Below are positions 11,595 through 24,327 of a DNA stretch of 64,000 nucleotides, piece after piece. Within the stretch, counting starts at the first letter, position 1, and every line of letters begins with the position of its first letter. The stretch covers positions 37,572,307 to 37,636,306 of the forward strand of contig NC_068984.1 of NCBI RefSeq assembly GCF_001194135.2, in the 5' to 3' direction. The position numbers and the translations under genes were made by a program. Origin of the DNA: Octopus bimaculoides. Its lineage: Eukaryota. Below the pieces are notes generated by a model. That model was given only the letters and a program-made list of their open reading frames with translations, ran no database searches and was not told where the DNA came from.

Positions 11595-12434
11595 ATTGTT
11601 GTCGGAGCAGACTTTCTAACGCTCGAGTATATTGCATGTATTTTTGTTGACTACGATGTGTAAGTACTATTTGTTTGCTTGTATATTTATGTCCTTGCAT
11701 ACAATATTGTTAGTTGGTGTTTTTATGGGTTTTTACCATCTTACACATGTCGAATAAATTGTTGCTTTTGTCCACGGATAGGAATATGTTAAGCAGTTTC
11801 ATATATCTATATCCACGTACAACTTTTTCATATGATGAGTCGAGATTGTCTGAGATAATTCTATCAAATACAATAAATTGAAATGTTTGATAATAGAGAA
11901 TATGCACGTCATAAATGGATCAATCGCTCTGTAAGCGGGTGACTTATTTCAAGACCCCTTCCTCTTCAGCGAAACATATCTTCTTCGGTTAGTAAGAGAA
12001 ATAGTTATCAATGTGCTTTTGTGTGTTTGCGTGTGTACATACATACATACATACATACATGTGTATATATAGAAAGACAGAGACACAGAGACACAGAGAG
12101 ACGGAGACAAATACAGGGAGAAAGAAAGAGTACAAATAAAACTGCGTCTAATGACGTAATGTAAAAGGTATATATGCCTTCACTTTACTAGTTAATATCA
12201 ATCTACTCTCATGCATTTACGATTTTATCTTTCTTTTATAAGGTCCTTTATTCATCAAAAGCCTTCCACTCACAATATACTACACTTTCTTCGACGAAGA
12301 TACTGGTAACTTCTAAAATACTTTATTAAGGATATTCCTTAATTCTTTCTCTGAAGAGGGGATAGTTGGTTCTTTATGTGGAAAACTTTGTTCACTAAGA
12401 TATGCACTACATGCACAGATATTCTAGAGCATAT
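11595..12434 (+). CDS. Weak candidate chain of four small exons, product unknown
   Basis: AG/GT-bounded segments 11595-11659, 11954-11991, 12243-12305 and 12400-12434 splice in frame to IVVGADFLTLEYIACIFVDYDVPLPLQRNISSSVSPLFIKSLPLTIYYTFFDEDTDMHYMHRYSRAY. No homology recognised. Confidence 0.2.
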
Positions 12435-12567
12435 GTAAGATATTTTACGCATAAATTCTTATTCCCTCTTGCCTTTGATACCTTTTAGTCTAACACCTCC
12501 GTTGTAACAACTCTACAGTTATGTTCGAATTATAAATTCCATGCTTGAAAGTATGTATGTCTGTCTG

Positions 12568-12890
12568 TAGGCGCAGGCGTTGGTATGTGGTAAGAAGTTT
12601 GCTTCTCAACTACACGGTTCCGCGTTCAGTCCCACTGCGTGGCACCTCATGCAAGTGTTTTCTACTATAGCCTCGGGCCTTGTGAGTGGGTTTGGCAGGC
12701 GGAAACTGAAAGAAACCCGTCATATATATGCATGTATATATTTGCATCCCGTAACTTAGCAGTTCAGCAAAAGAAACGGTAGATTAAGTGCTAGTCTTAA
12801 ACAATAGGTACTTGAGTCGATTCGTTCGACTACAAATTCAAGGCGATGCCCCAGCATGGCCGAAGTCTAATGAGTAAAGTAAAAGACAAA
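12568..12890 (+). mobile_element. SINE family B (tRNA head + CORE-like segment + tail)
   Basis: ggcgcaggcgt...gttcagtcccactgcgtggcacc... (A/B-box-like, CORE-like), then a TA-rich spacer, then the cgtaacttagcagttcagcaaaag...ccagcatggcc tail. Confidence 0.85.
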
Positions 12891-12994
12891 AATGTACGTA
12901 TGTGTGTATGTATATATATATGTACGTACATACATACATACACAGACACGCATGCATACACACACGCGCACACACACACATGCATACATACATT

Positions 12995-15180
12995 GCTGTA
13001 ACCAATAATGAAACCACCGTGTTGGCAGAAAACTATAGGCCCATTGCTTGCCAAAACATTATGTACAAACTGTATCAATTCCTCCAGGATCGTTCAGTCC
13101 AACAACATAGCAACTGGTGAGCAGGCCGATGGAAAGAAAGGAGTGTGGAGATGTTCCGAACAACTTTTGATAAACAGATCTGTACCATTTGAAGTGAAAA
13201 GACATCATAGGAAACTTACTACAGTATGGCTTGGCTTATAGGAGGGCGTTTGACTCTATTCCCAACTCATGGCCGTTGAAACGTCTACATTTGGCAAAAG
13301 TGTCCGCTACCTTAATCACTGCCACTGAGAGGCTCACAAAGACCTGGGAAACAGTTCTTACACTTACAACTGATGGCGGAATGATTATCTTGCTTCCAAT
13401 GTTATAAATATATCTAAGTGGTTATTCTAAGGAGATAATTCTGTTCATTTGGACATTAAACCTATTATGATTCCAGCTACAAAAATCAAATAGCTTCATA
13501 CTAGGGTCTGTAACTGCAAGAGATATTAATTTAACCTACTATTCCTTCGTGGACGACCTCAAGATTTATGCTAAAAATGTTAAGAATGCAAAGAAAAAAC
13601 AGTTTGAATAAATAACATTTTCATCGGACATAGGAATGAAATTTGGCCAACAGGAATGTTTAAATATTTGGTTGTTGGACGAGGACAATCAGTCCTTCAA
13701 ACCCAAAACCTGTACATCAATGGTCTTATTATCTCTCCTGTCCCACATAAAGAATGCTACAAGTAACTAAGCATTGATGAAAACATCATACGAAGGTACT
13801 GTGAAGAAAGATAAAGTGACCCAAAAATATTATGCCAGGCTTAAGAAAATATGGCAGTCAGAACTCTCCTCTTACAAGACAATATCCCACAGTGCACTTG
13901 TAGTACCAACGCTGGCTCCAACATTTGAAATGCCTGACTGGTCTGTAGAAGAAATCCACTCCATAGATGTCAAAGCGCGAAAGACACTGACTTCAACTGG
14001 AAATCTCCACAGAAATAGCGATATTGGCAGAATCTACCAAAGAAGAGATAAGGGAGGTACAGGCTTGAGATCAGTGCAGACAGCCTTCGAATCTCTCTCA
14101 GACATCACTTGCTGAAAAACATCAGCAAAAATAAATACATTAACTTAGTACTGAAAAGTGAATAGAATAATATCCTACGTCTTAGTAGCGAGCTCTTCAG
14201 GAAATATTCTCTTCTTAATTACCTTCCATACAACTCCTAAACAACCGGATTAACATACTTCAAAGAAGATCTGGATGTGAAACGCTCAACATACAAAAGA
14301 CAGACTATACATGGGTATGTTTCCCGAATACTTAAAGAATATTGACACGAGGTGCAGCTTTTCTTGGACTCGTAAGCGCAACATCACATCACATTTTGAA
14401 AGCTATGCTTTTGCAAGCTAAGAAAAGGAGATTGTTACAACATAGTAAACAAAAACGACAGTGAGATCCTTGGAGATCCAAGATGCAAGCGGAAATGTAA
14501 ATTAAGTCGTTTTTCTGTGGAAGACATCACACATATGAATAGCAGCTGCTAAAAGTGTCAAGGTACTACCTCCCTATGCGACATGTCGTTGTCACAAAAA
14601 CAATATACAATGCCATCCAAAGAATAGACTGCTTTGGAATTAATACAGATGATTCCCGTTATTGAATACGTATACAAATATCAGCACAAGGAATATTGGT
14701 GGGGGGGGATATTCCCATCAAAACATCTGTCAAGTGTACACATAATAGGCTGGATATTGTTGTATATGACAGGCAAGAAAAAGTATGTACCGTCATAGGG
14801 GTCGGCTGTCTTGCTGATGTGAATATCTCTTTGAAAATCAAAGAGACAGAGGATAATTATGGACAACTGCTTCGAAACCTCAAGCGTCTACATCCAGATA
14901 ATAGATTCACATTTATACCAATAATAATTGGTGCACTAGATTTTGTGAGTAAACGCATAAGTAACAACCTGGATAAGCTAGGGTTTTCAGAAAAGGAAAT
15001 CAACCAACTAACTCGCGCATTACAAATACAATGTGTGAGTGGAACAGTAAAAATATGCAAGGCTTCTCTGAAGTTTACAATGTGACATTCTTTTTTGTTT
15101 TCTACATACTAACGACGGGGCTTTGTATCTTTGTTAGAAACCAGCTCCTGTCTCAGAGGAAGAATTTAAATAATTAAAAA
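12995..15180 (+). mobile_element. Decayed R4/Dong-type retrotransposon (RT + zinc knuckle + REL), a different subfamily
   Basis: ENYRPIACQNIMYKLY; EQLLINRSV; FVDDLKIYAKN; DIGRIYQRRDKGGTGLRSV; HNRLDIVVYDRQEKVCTVIGVGC...FIPIIIGALDFV...VSGTVKICKASLKFTM* (stop 15083-15085). Many frameshifts. Confidence 0.9.
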
Positions 15181-15234
15181 CAGAAGAGAACATACATACA
15201 TAAATAGAGACAGAAACTACATGCAAGTATGAAG

Positions 15235-15610
15235 GCTTGCTTCATCGCAAATGGTATTCTATTGGAGTTTATTCAAATGGACAATAGTGTTAAAGATGGT
15301 GATATACTTGCGACAACTTTTTTCTCCTTATACTTTGCAATTATGATTGCTATCGTACAACACGTAAGCTATTTGAACTGAATTGTTCAGGGAACCCTGG
15401 ACTCTGAAGTCAACTTGAGAAATGTGAAAGATTCAATTGTATTTGGAACTCTGAAGAAGCGAGTCTGATCAAACAGATGCTTAAACTTGTCCGCCAAGCT
15501 TTTCACCTATGATGCGTGCGTTATCATGTCCCTGTTATATGCATCTGAGACATGGGTCCATACTGGCAACACCTCAAAAATACTCGAAATATTTCATCAG
15601 AAATCTCAAA
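15235..15610 (+). mobile_element. RTE-like LINE reverse transcriptase relic (internally deleted)
   Basis: NSVKDGDILATTFFSLYFAIM (cf. GVKQGxxLAPTLF); FGTLKKRV; ACVIMSLLYASETW; LEIFHQK. Confidence 0.7.
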
Positions 15611-16409
15611 ATTGTATGTAAAATATATTCTCATTACCGCAACACCAAAATAAATTAGTTTATCTTGGAGGAAATATATTTTAGCAAAGTATAAAGTTAT
15701 TTTTTAAAGATTATAATTATGGTTGATTGAATCAACAGCGACAGCTAACAAGTGCCCCTTATTTTATTAACTCCGACAGCATGTAGGGCAAATCTAAACA
15801 AAATAGAACCAAAAATATTTTAGTTTAGCCCTCTATTGTTTCTTTCCCTTCGTTATCTTCCTTGTCAAACCCAATACTTGTTTAGTTGTTATTTTATCAA
15901 CTCTAGTGCGTTAAACCACAAATTCGATGGGTAAAGTTTGAACTCTAGGTCTTAAGTGTGCTAAACTAACTACAACAAAGCATTTCTGTCCGGCAATTTA
16001 CAAATTGTCTCATCCCTACCTCTCATTCGTTTAGATAAATATTACCAAATTGACTTCATGTCAGACTGCTATATATAAAATGGACATTTTATAAAGGTTT
16101 TATATTTACAAAAAAAGTGTTTCGTATTTCATAGGCAACACAGTGAAATTTAATTAAACTCACTGTTATAGCAATTTTAAATAACCGATTGGTAATAGAA
16201 TGATTTGTTTATGCAAGAAAATCAATATTGGCTTTCGACGATTTATTTTAACCTACACTGTGATAAATTTAACTTATAAAAATCATTGTTATTGCTTTCA
16301 TTACAGCAATAATCATGTAGAAACGTGGCTCGGTCAGAAATAAATGTTATTGCGAACTACATATTCTTGCCTCTATCTATCTCTTCTTGTCTCTATCCCA
16401 TGTTTTTCT

Positions 16410-16475
16410 CTCCCTCTCTCTCTCTCTCACTCTCTCTCACTCTCAATATGAATATATATGTGTGTGTGCGTGCGT

Positions 16476-16515
<40 letters not shown>

Positions 16516-16587
16516 ACATGAATATTATATATACATATATAAAATAATACAGAGAAATAGATACATGCATATATATGTATGTATTTG

Positions 16588-16665
<78 letters not shown>

Positions 16666-16860
16666 CATTATGATATATATATGCGTACATATATATATAG
16701 GTGTATGTGCATATATATACATATGTATATATATATATATACATATATATATATGTACATGTATATATATGTATGTATGTATATATACGTGTGTGTATAT
16801 ATGTATATGTGTATATATGTAGATATATATAAATACATATGTATATGTGTATATAAATAA
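16410..16860. repeat. Compound (CT)/(TA)/(TG)/(TATG) simple-repeat tract
   Basis: Direct reading; source of several spurious YI/VC ORFs. Confidence 0.95.
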
Positions 16861-17136
16861 TTTCATTCAAACTTCAGTCGCAGTTACGTGTATGTGTGTG
16901 TGTGTGTATGCAAGCATGTAGGCATGTATATATTATTGTTGTTATTGTTATTTAAATTCGGCCCTGTGTGGCTTAAAGTTTCGTAGGATTCTTACAGGAA
17001 CCTAACTCGTCAGGCATAGTTAGCCGAATGATATATAATAATGTATGTAACTCCTACTAAATGTGCTGTCTCTTTCGTTCCTTTGTCCACTCACTGAACG
17101 TGCGTCTGTGTGTATGCAAGTATGCAGGCATCTATA

Positions 17137-17167
<31 letters not shown>

Positions 17168-18289
17168 GTCGTTGTTGCTGCTGTTGTCTAAAACAGTTTG
17201 ATTCGGCCCCGTGCACACATGAATGTATATAACTTCATTCAAACTTCGATAGTGGTTAAGAATCGCGTCTAAAAATGCACCTTCATACCTTTAGGTTATT
17301 AAAAGGGAAGAAAATACTTCTGGAAGATTCTCCGTATTTTTTTCCAAAGAAATTAGGACTTAAATTCATGTAATTGGTTGTTTGAAAACATTCTCAATTT
17401 TTATTTTGTCACGCCTTAAGTTCTCTCTTACTGGATGGGGAAATTAAGCCTTTTTAAATAGATCATACTATTTTTGTTTATTTGAGTTATTTTCTTTTTA
17501 ATATTTCAGAAAGTCTCCGAATAAGTACTTGCTTAAATGAACTTAAATCCCGAAGAATCTTCCAGAAGCGTCTTCAAGACGTGATTCTTTGCTTCTATTG
17601 AAGTCTGAATGGAGTTACCTATCAGCAAAATCATTGCATTTATTAGTTTTCTATCGCATTTTCGGAGATTGTATCTACGATGATTGAGTTACCTAATACA
17701 TACTTCATTTTAAAAAATAGATGAGTGTGATATGAGTGAGATTTGGTTGATATTTCTAGTGAGCTGAGTGACAATATATATGTTTGCTATGAGGAATCTT
17801 TTCCTCCCCCACACGTTAGAGTTAAATGGAAAAATGTGGCCGCATCATTGGTTTCCGTATACCTAAAGTTTATATACCTAAACTCTTAGTTATACCTAAT
17901 TCACAACATTTACATCGCTTCGTTCTATAAATGTCACTCGCAAAGCTATGGTCGGCTCGAGAACATGATAGTGAGACTTGTTCAATATGTCACACAATGA
18001 GCTTTGAAACCTGTAATTGTGTTGATATATTTATATTTCCCACAACAGTGAGCGCCGTAAATGAAACGATAATCTCTCGCCTTACCAATATCATAGCTAC
18101 GTTGTCATTTTCACCATAATCCATTACTGTTTTACTTATTGAAATAACACGAGCATGGGAAACACTTTGCCTCTACTCCTATAAAGAAGATTGCACTTCA
18201 ATCTTATCAAAAAGAAATTTATAAATTCGTACTTATATATGAGCATGTGTAAGCATTTAAAACACACACACACACGCATATATATAATA

Positions 18290-18291
18290 CA

Positions 18292-18333
<42 letters not shown>

Positions 18334-18911
18334 NNNNNNNNNNNNNNNNNNNNNNNNNNNNNNNNNNNNNNNNNNNNNNNNNNNNNNNNNNNNNNNNNNN
18401 NNNNNNNNNNNNNNNNNNNNNNNNNNNNNNNNNNNNNNNNNNNNNNNNNNNNNNNNNNNNNNNNNNNNNNNNNNNNNNNNNNNNNNNNNNNNNNNNNNNN
18501 NNNNNNNNNNNNNNNNNNNNNNNNNNNNNNNNNNNNNNNNNNNNNNNNNNNNNNNNNNNNNNNNNNNNNNNNNNNNNNNNNNNNNNNNNNNNNNNNNNNN
18601 NNNNNNNNNNNNNNNNNNNNNNNNNNNNNNNNNNNNNNNNNNNNNNNNNNNNNNNNNNNNNNNNNNNNNNNNNNNNNNNNNNNNNNNNNNNNNNNNNNNN
18701 NNNNNNNNNNNNNNNNNNNNNNNNNNNNNNNNNNNNNNNNNNNNNNNNNNNNNNNNNNNNNNNNNNNNNNNNNNNNNNNNNNNNNNNNNNNNNNNNNNNN
18801 NNNNNNNNNNNNNNNNNNNNNNNNNNNNNNNNNNNNNNNNNNNNNNGGAAGGAAGGAAGGGAGGGAGAGAGCGGCTAAAAAACTGGGGTATAGAGGGCGT
18901 TTCTGTGTATC

Positions 18912-18980
<69 letters not shown>
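18290..18980. repeat. (TA)n + gap (18334-18846) + (GATA)n
   Basis: Direct reading. Confidence 0.95.
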
Positions 18981-19259
18981 TTATATACTCAAGTCATTGT
19001 GAATCAAAATACTAGGCATTTAACGATGGAATAAATGCAGTGCTATAGTTTGGGGCATATACATAACAAAGCTTACACATTTCCTGTCCCGCACATAAAG
19101 TATTTTCATGCTTTCGCGCATAATGCATACTTTCGCAAGTTATGCATATTTTATTCTTTCCATGGCCATCGAAAAACTCTTTTCCAGTTGGAATTCAAAT
19201 ATTCTAATTTCGATTGTATCATGCATGTATTCCCTGCTCCTCTCAACAATAGAATATGC

Positions 19260-19490
19260 TGGAACTAAAGCGGTAATGACGTCACATCAGTAACTCTGAA
19301 AACTCGGGAAGTCGCGTGAAGATACTGGCAATGAAAACTATACGGAAATTTCGATAACAGAACCGTTGGGGTTTATTAATTCAGCAATCAACAGATTGAG
19401 TTGTGGCTACAGAAATGTGTTGATGCTAAGTTGCTGGAATAAAGAATTGCCTGCGGCGGAATGACGTGAAACCGGTTTCATCAACATACG
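19260..19490. promoter_or_regulatory. Candidate cis-regulatory patch (CpG-enriched; CRE, Grainyhead-like and ETS-like motifs)
   Basis: TGACGTCA 19277-19284; TGACGTGA 19462-19469; 14-bp palindrome TGAAACCGGTTTCA 19467-19480. Motif match only. Confidence 0.3.
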
Positions 19491-19939
19491 TATTAGAAGA
19501 CAATTAAAGCGAAAACATTCATATTTTCTATCTATTCTACATTCATTTATATTTCCATTTTCTTTATTTCCCTCATGTTCCATTCCTACATTTAGAACAT
19601 GTGTGAAAAGCTTGTGTAAATAACAGGGCGAAGCGCTTTGTTTCATTAAATCAGAATCGTTGCACCTTGCTGGATAATACATGCGTATACGTACAAATAT
19701 ACAAATACACAAATGCATATATAAGTACATATGTATGTATGTGTGTTTGTATGCGCGTGTATATATATATNNNNNNNNNNTATATATGCACACACACATT
19801 TGTATGTGTGTTTATTGTGCTTATTTGTATGTATATTTATGTGTGTATACGTATGCATGTATTTATTTGCATACATGTATATATCAACATACATCCGTAG
19901 TTTCGTGCAAACATGCAGAAGGTTGAACTTGACTTAGAC

Positions 19940-20387
19940 ATTCTTTGGATAGTTTACACAAAAATTTGAATAGCGTCTACCATTAGTCAATTTTGAAGGA
20001 ATATTGCTCTTATGCGATAATGCAATATCGCTCAAGAAAAGATTGTCATTCAAGAAAATATTATGACACTATACATGACAATTTTTCTTCATCTTCTTTG
20101 CTCTTATGACCTTGCACAATCTGACTATCATCTTTTCAGATCATAGCAACATTATTTGCAAGGAAAACTGCTTATCAATTTGTGAAGAGGTTAAAAATGA
20201 TGTTGCGTGTTTCCTTCCTTCGAAACCTAAATACTTTTATGCCCGAGAGATCAACAATTTGCCAAATAGATTACACTATCAATAATGAGGGGAATACTGA
20301 CTTAATTAAATATATCAATTAAAACCTAAGAACCATTTGTTTATGTCTTTTTTTGAAATACGATAGGACTTACTTTTCAACATAATA
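19940..20387 (+). mobile_element. Mariner transposase C-terminal relic with 3' terminal inverted repeat
   Basis: LHLLCSYDLAQSDYHLFRS*QHYLQGK (cf. HPPYSPDLAPSDYHLFRSL); EEVKNDVA; FYAREINNLPNR. Ends ggacttacttttcaacataa-TA. Confidence 0.8.
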
Positions 20388-20410
20388 CATGTATGCGTAT
20401 GTTTATGCGC

Positions 20411-20412
<2 letters not shown>

Positions 20413-20462
<50 letters not shown>

Positions 20463-21158
20463 NNNNNNNNNNNNNNNNNNNNNNNNNNNNNNNNNNNNNN
20501 NNNNNNNNNNNNNNNNNNNNNNNNNNNNNNNNNNNNNNNNNNNNNNNNNNNNNNNNNNNNNNNNNNNNNNNNNNNNNNNNNNNNNNNNNNNNNNNNNNNN
20601 NNNNNNNNNNNNNNNNNNNNNNNNNNNNNNNNNNNNNNNNNNNNNNNNNNNNNNNNNNNNNNNNNNNNNNNNNNNNNNNNNNNNNNNNNNNNNNNNNNNN
20701 NNNNNNNNNNNNNNNNNNNNNNNNNNNNNNNNNNNNNNNNNNNNNNNNNNNNNNNNNNNNNNNNNNNNNNNNNNNNNNNNNNNNNNNNNNNNNNNNNNNN
20801 NNNNNNNNNNNNNNNNNNNNNNNNNNNNNNNNNNNNNNNNNNNNNNNNNNNNNNNNNNNNNNNNNNNNNNNNNNNNNNNNNNNNNNNNNNNNNNNNNNNN
20901 NNNNNNNNNNNNNNNNNNNNNNNNNNNNNNNNNNNNNNNNNNNNNNNNNNNNNNNNNNNNNNNNNNNNNNNNNNNNNNNNNNNNNNNNNNNNNNNNNNNN
21001 NNNNNNNNNNNNNNNNNNNNNNNNNNNNNNNNNNNNNNNNNNNNNNNNNNNNNNNNNNNNNNNNNNNNNNNNNNNNNNNNNNNNNNNNNNNNNNNNNNNN
21101 NNNNNNNNNNNNNNNNNNNNNNNNNNNNNNNNNNNNNNNNNNNNNNNNNNNNNNNNNN

Positions 21159-21215
<57 letters not shown>
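20413..21215. repeat. (TA)n array spanning assembly gap 20463-21158
   Basis: TA repeats on both gap edges. Confidence 0.95.
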
Positions 21216-21223
<8 letters not shown>

Positions 21224-22674
21224 CATAAAAATATATTTCATTTTTGCCTTTACAAGTGTACTTTAAACATTTTCTAATTAATAATTTTTTAATATTCTGA
21301 AATCATAAAACACATAAATATGCAATAACATCTATCCTCGATATACATTTCTATCTCCACACTTGAACTCATTGTATTAGCAATGCAAGACACATTTTTT
21401 ACTATTGCAGTACGTTTAAATAGATAAATTCACTTCACTAAGTGTTATTGTTGTTTTTTCTCTGTGCCAGCCTTGACCTAAGAGATATTCTGGAAAGCAT
21501 AAACTTCCTTTGTTTTTACCATCATTGTTGATCATTTAACACACATTTTTGCGCGCGTGCGCGTGTACAACCATACGCTAAATTCTCACATTATTTTTCA
21601 CAAGCTCATTTCTTTCAGAAGTTTCTTTTGTTTACTTCTATCTACGAAACGTTTCACTGAGATATCATTTGTGTGACTTGAAGTCGCCATAAGCTTTTAT
21701 ATTTGAGACTAAAAGCTTTGTAAACAAATATTACAATTACAAGACAAACAGTTGTGTTTCGGAATAGCTGTAATACGGCCAGAAATTTACATCATTCGTC
21801 ACATCACTTGTGTTCGAGATTTATTGTTATTTACACACTTATGCTGTCTCAGCGACTGATATTGACAAAAAAAAGTAATAAGAAACAAAATGGAAGACGC
21901 CTCTTTTCTGAGCAAGTAAGAAAAGTATTTTGTTATAGAAGAGAAAAGAAATTATTTTCTATTGCAAAACGAAAGATGTTGCTAGAAGATGGAATATATC
22001 TGACGATGGTTTTGTCAACAAACTCTGAAATTGTTAACTGCATTAATATAACAGTCATATTTGTTCTGGCTCAAAGACAAAAAAGAGTCAAATTGAAAAA
22101 AAATGGTTTCGCTTTGCATTCATATATCTACAATTATTAATAGAAACTTCAAAAGAAAAGTTACGTCTTACGGACCAAATGTTGCTACAAAAGGATTGTG
22201 ATTTGCTTGTGTCTTAATTCAGCTAATATGTCCTATACAAAATTAGTTTGTTTAGTAAATAGATTTACTGCATGGATTCTTCGAATTGTTTATATAGATT
22301 CCTACTCCCACTTCTGTTGAGATGGTGAGTCTGAAAATCTATAGTGTCACTTTTGTCTTCACATGATAGTTCCAGAACGCTTAGACTGTCAGATCTCCAA
22401 GCAGCGTGCATGATTGAAGCTGTAATCACTACCCTTATCTAAAGAAACACATGTTAATTAGAAAGCGATTACATTACAAGAGGAGATAAACTATTTTTGT
22501 GGATAGGAAGCGAACTTCTTAACTACATAGTAATGCATGCAGCCGTCATTGCAAATACGTTTTCTGTGTTATTATAAACTTTTGTTTTGTATATACATAT
22601 AAATATTGTGTGGGTATGCGTGCGTGTGTGGGGGTGTATGTTTGTGTGTGTGTGTGTGTATAAATATGTATATG

Positions 22675-22737
<63 letters not shown>

Positions 22738-22749
22738 ATAATTACCAAC

Positions 22750-23500
22750 GACGGCCCCCTAAAACACCAGTTCTGAGTTAGATGGCAGAAATGGGAATGA
22801 CGATGAAGACTTCAGTAGCAGTAAAGGTGAAGAACCTCAACTACTCAACCAATGTGAATTAAATGATCTAGTGAGGGACTTGGGGCTCGCAAAGGAGTTA
22901 GCAGAACTTTTAGGTTGCAGACTTAAATCCTCGTGCATCATTCTATTGGTATCGTAACCGCGAAAGAGAATTTGTTCCTTATTTCGCTCAAGAAAATGAT
23001 TTGGCTTATTGTACAAATCCATCATGGCTAATAAGAAAGTTTGGCATAAGTTATAGCTCTGATGAATAGAGACTCTTTCTTGACTTTTCAGAGAGAAGTC
23101 TTAAAGCTGTCAATGTCAATATGTTGTTGCATCGTGAAGTCCATCAAATGCTCACAAGCGGAAAAGTTCTAGGTGTACTTTCCAAGTGAAAAAGAAGAGA
23201 TTTGGGGTGCTGAACCTAAAACATAAATAGAACACTTTTTAAAATCTATTTTCTCACCTTTCAATCGCATTTGTGCCGTTTTATTTTGTTGAATAAAGTA
23301 CCAAATTCATTCTTATTAGTTTCATTTTATCCTACAATTATATGGATTTACCAACAGATTATAGTATATTTTACCATTAAGTTATGAGAAAACTTCAAGT
23401 AATGGGAAAGAACTTTATCGATATTTCGATTTAGCACCACAAAGGTATATAAAGTAACATACAGTTATCAGAAATATTTTCAAAAAGTTCCATTTCGCAG
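22750..23500 (+). mobile_element. Internally deleted Chapaev3-like (CMC) DNA transposon
   Basis: EPQLLNQCELNDLVRDLGLAKELAELLGCRLK...WYRNREREFVPYFAQENDLAYC...SSDE*RLFLDFSERSLKAV is joined directly to the C-terminus LLHRE..AHKRKSSRCTFQVKKKRF. Candidate 3' end ...ccatttcgcagt. Family assignment from recalled motifs. Confidence 0.75.
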
Positions 23501-23666
23501 TAAACTAAAAGGTTATGGTTTTTATACAGTAATATAAGGAGTGTTAAGTCAGAAACTTAAATAACAGATTAAAACTTTTTAAAATAGACGGGTCCAGAGA
23601 ATTTTTTAAAGCTGAAACGGTGATGAGAATCAGGTAGCTAGATAAGTAGAGGTGAAAGTATTATGC

Positions 23667-23745
<79 letters not shown>

Positions 23746-24327
23746 CGTGTATTTGTTGAAAACACATTATGGATCTATCACAAAGTCCCGCAGCGAAGTG
23801 GAGTGATGGAAAATACAGGCTTGGCAACTTGGAAATGTCATTGCAAACCTGTTCATAGGTGCCTTGCGATGCTAGTCATTTCTTTTCCAAATTATATGGG
23901 TGGAGAGATTCACTAGAAACCGGAGTGATTGAACAACCCTTTCCAGAGAAAGCACTGCTCACCTGTTAACCAGGAAGGATCTAGGAAAGGTAGTCTAAAT
24001 AGAAATTGTAGTCCGTAACTAGGAAACGCATACCCATAAAAACGCATGTTTTATAATTTGTCGTCACACTAACCTGATATGTGTGATCTTCGTTTTGAAA
24101 TACAACGAACAATAGTACATATTCCTGGACACAGCAGGGGAAGAATAGAGAACTTATTTAGAGACTTCCTTCTTTGTACACTTCGAAATGGTCGTAAATG
24201 CATTTGGTTGCTTTGTGAAGATATGCGTAGATCATTTAGCACCTGCATTTATGTATGTATGTATGTATGTATGTATGTATGTATGTATGTATGTATGTAT
24301 GTATGTATGTATGAATATATGTCAGTA

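Noticed and set aside
21754-22300. 128-aa ORF, possibly a decayed Tc1/mariner N-terminus (GRRLFSEQVRK...DVARRWNIS)
   Set aside because: Resemblance too faint; no TIR or catalytic motif found.
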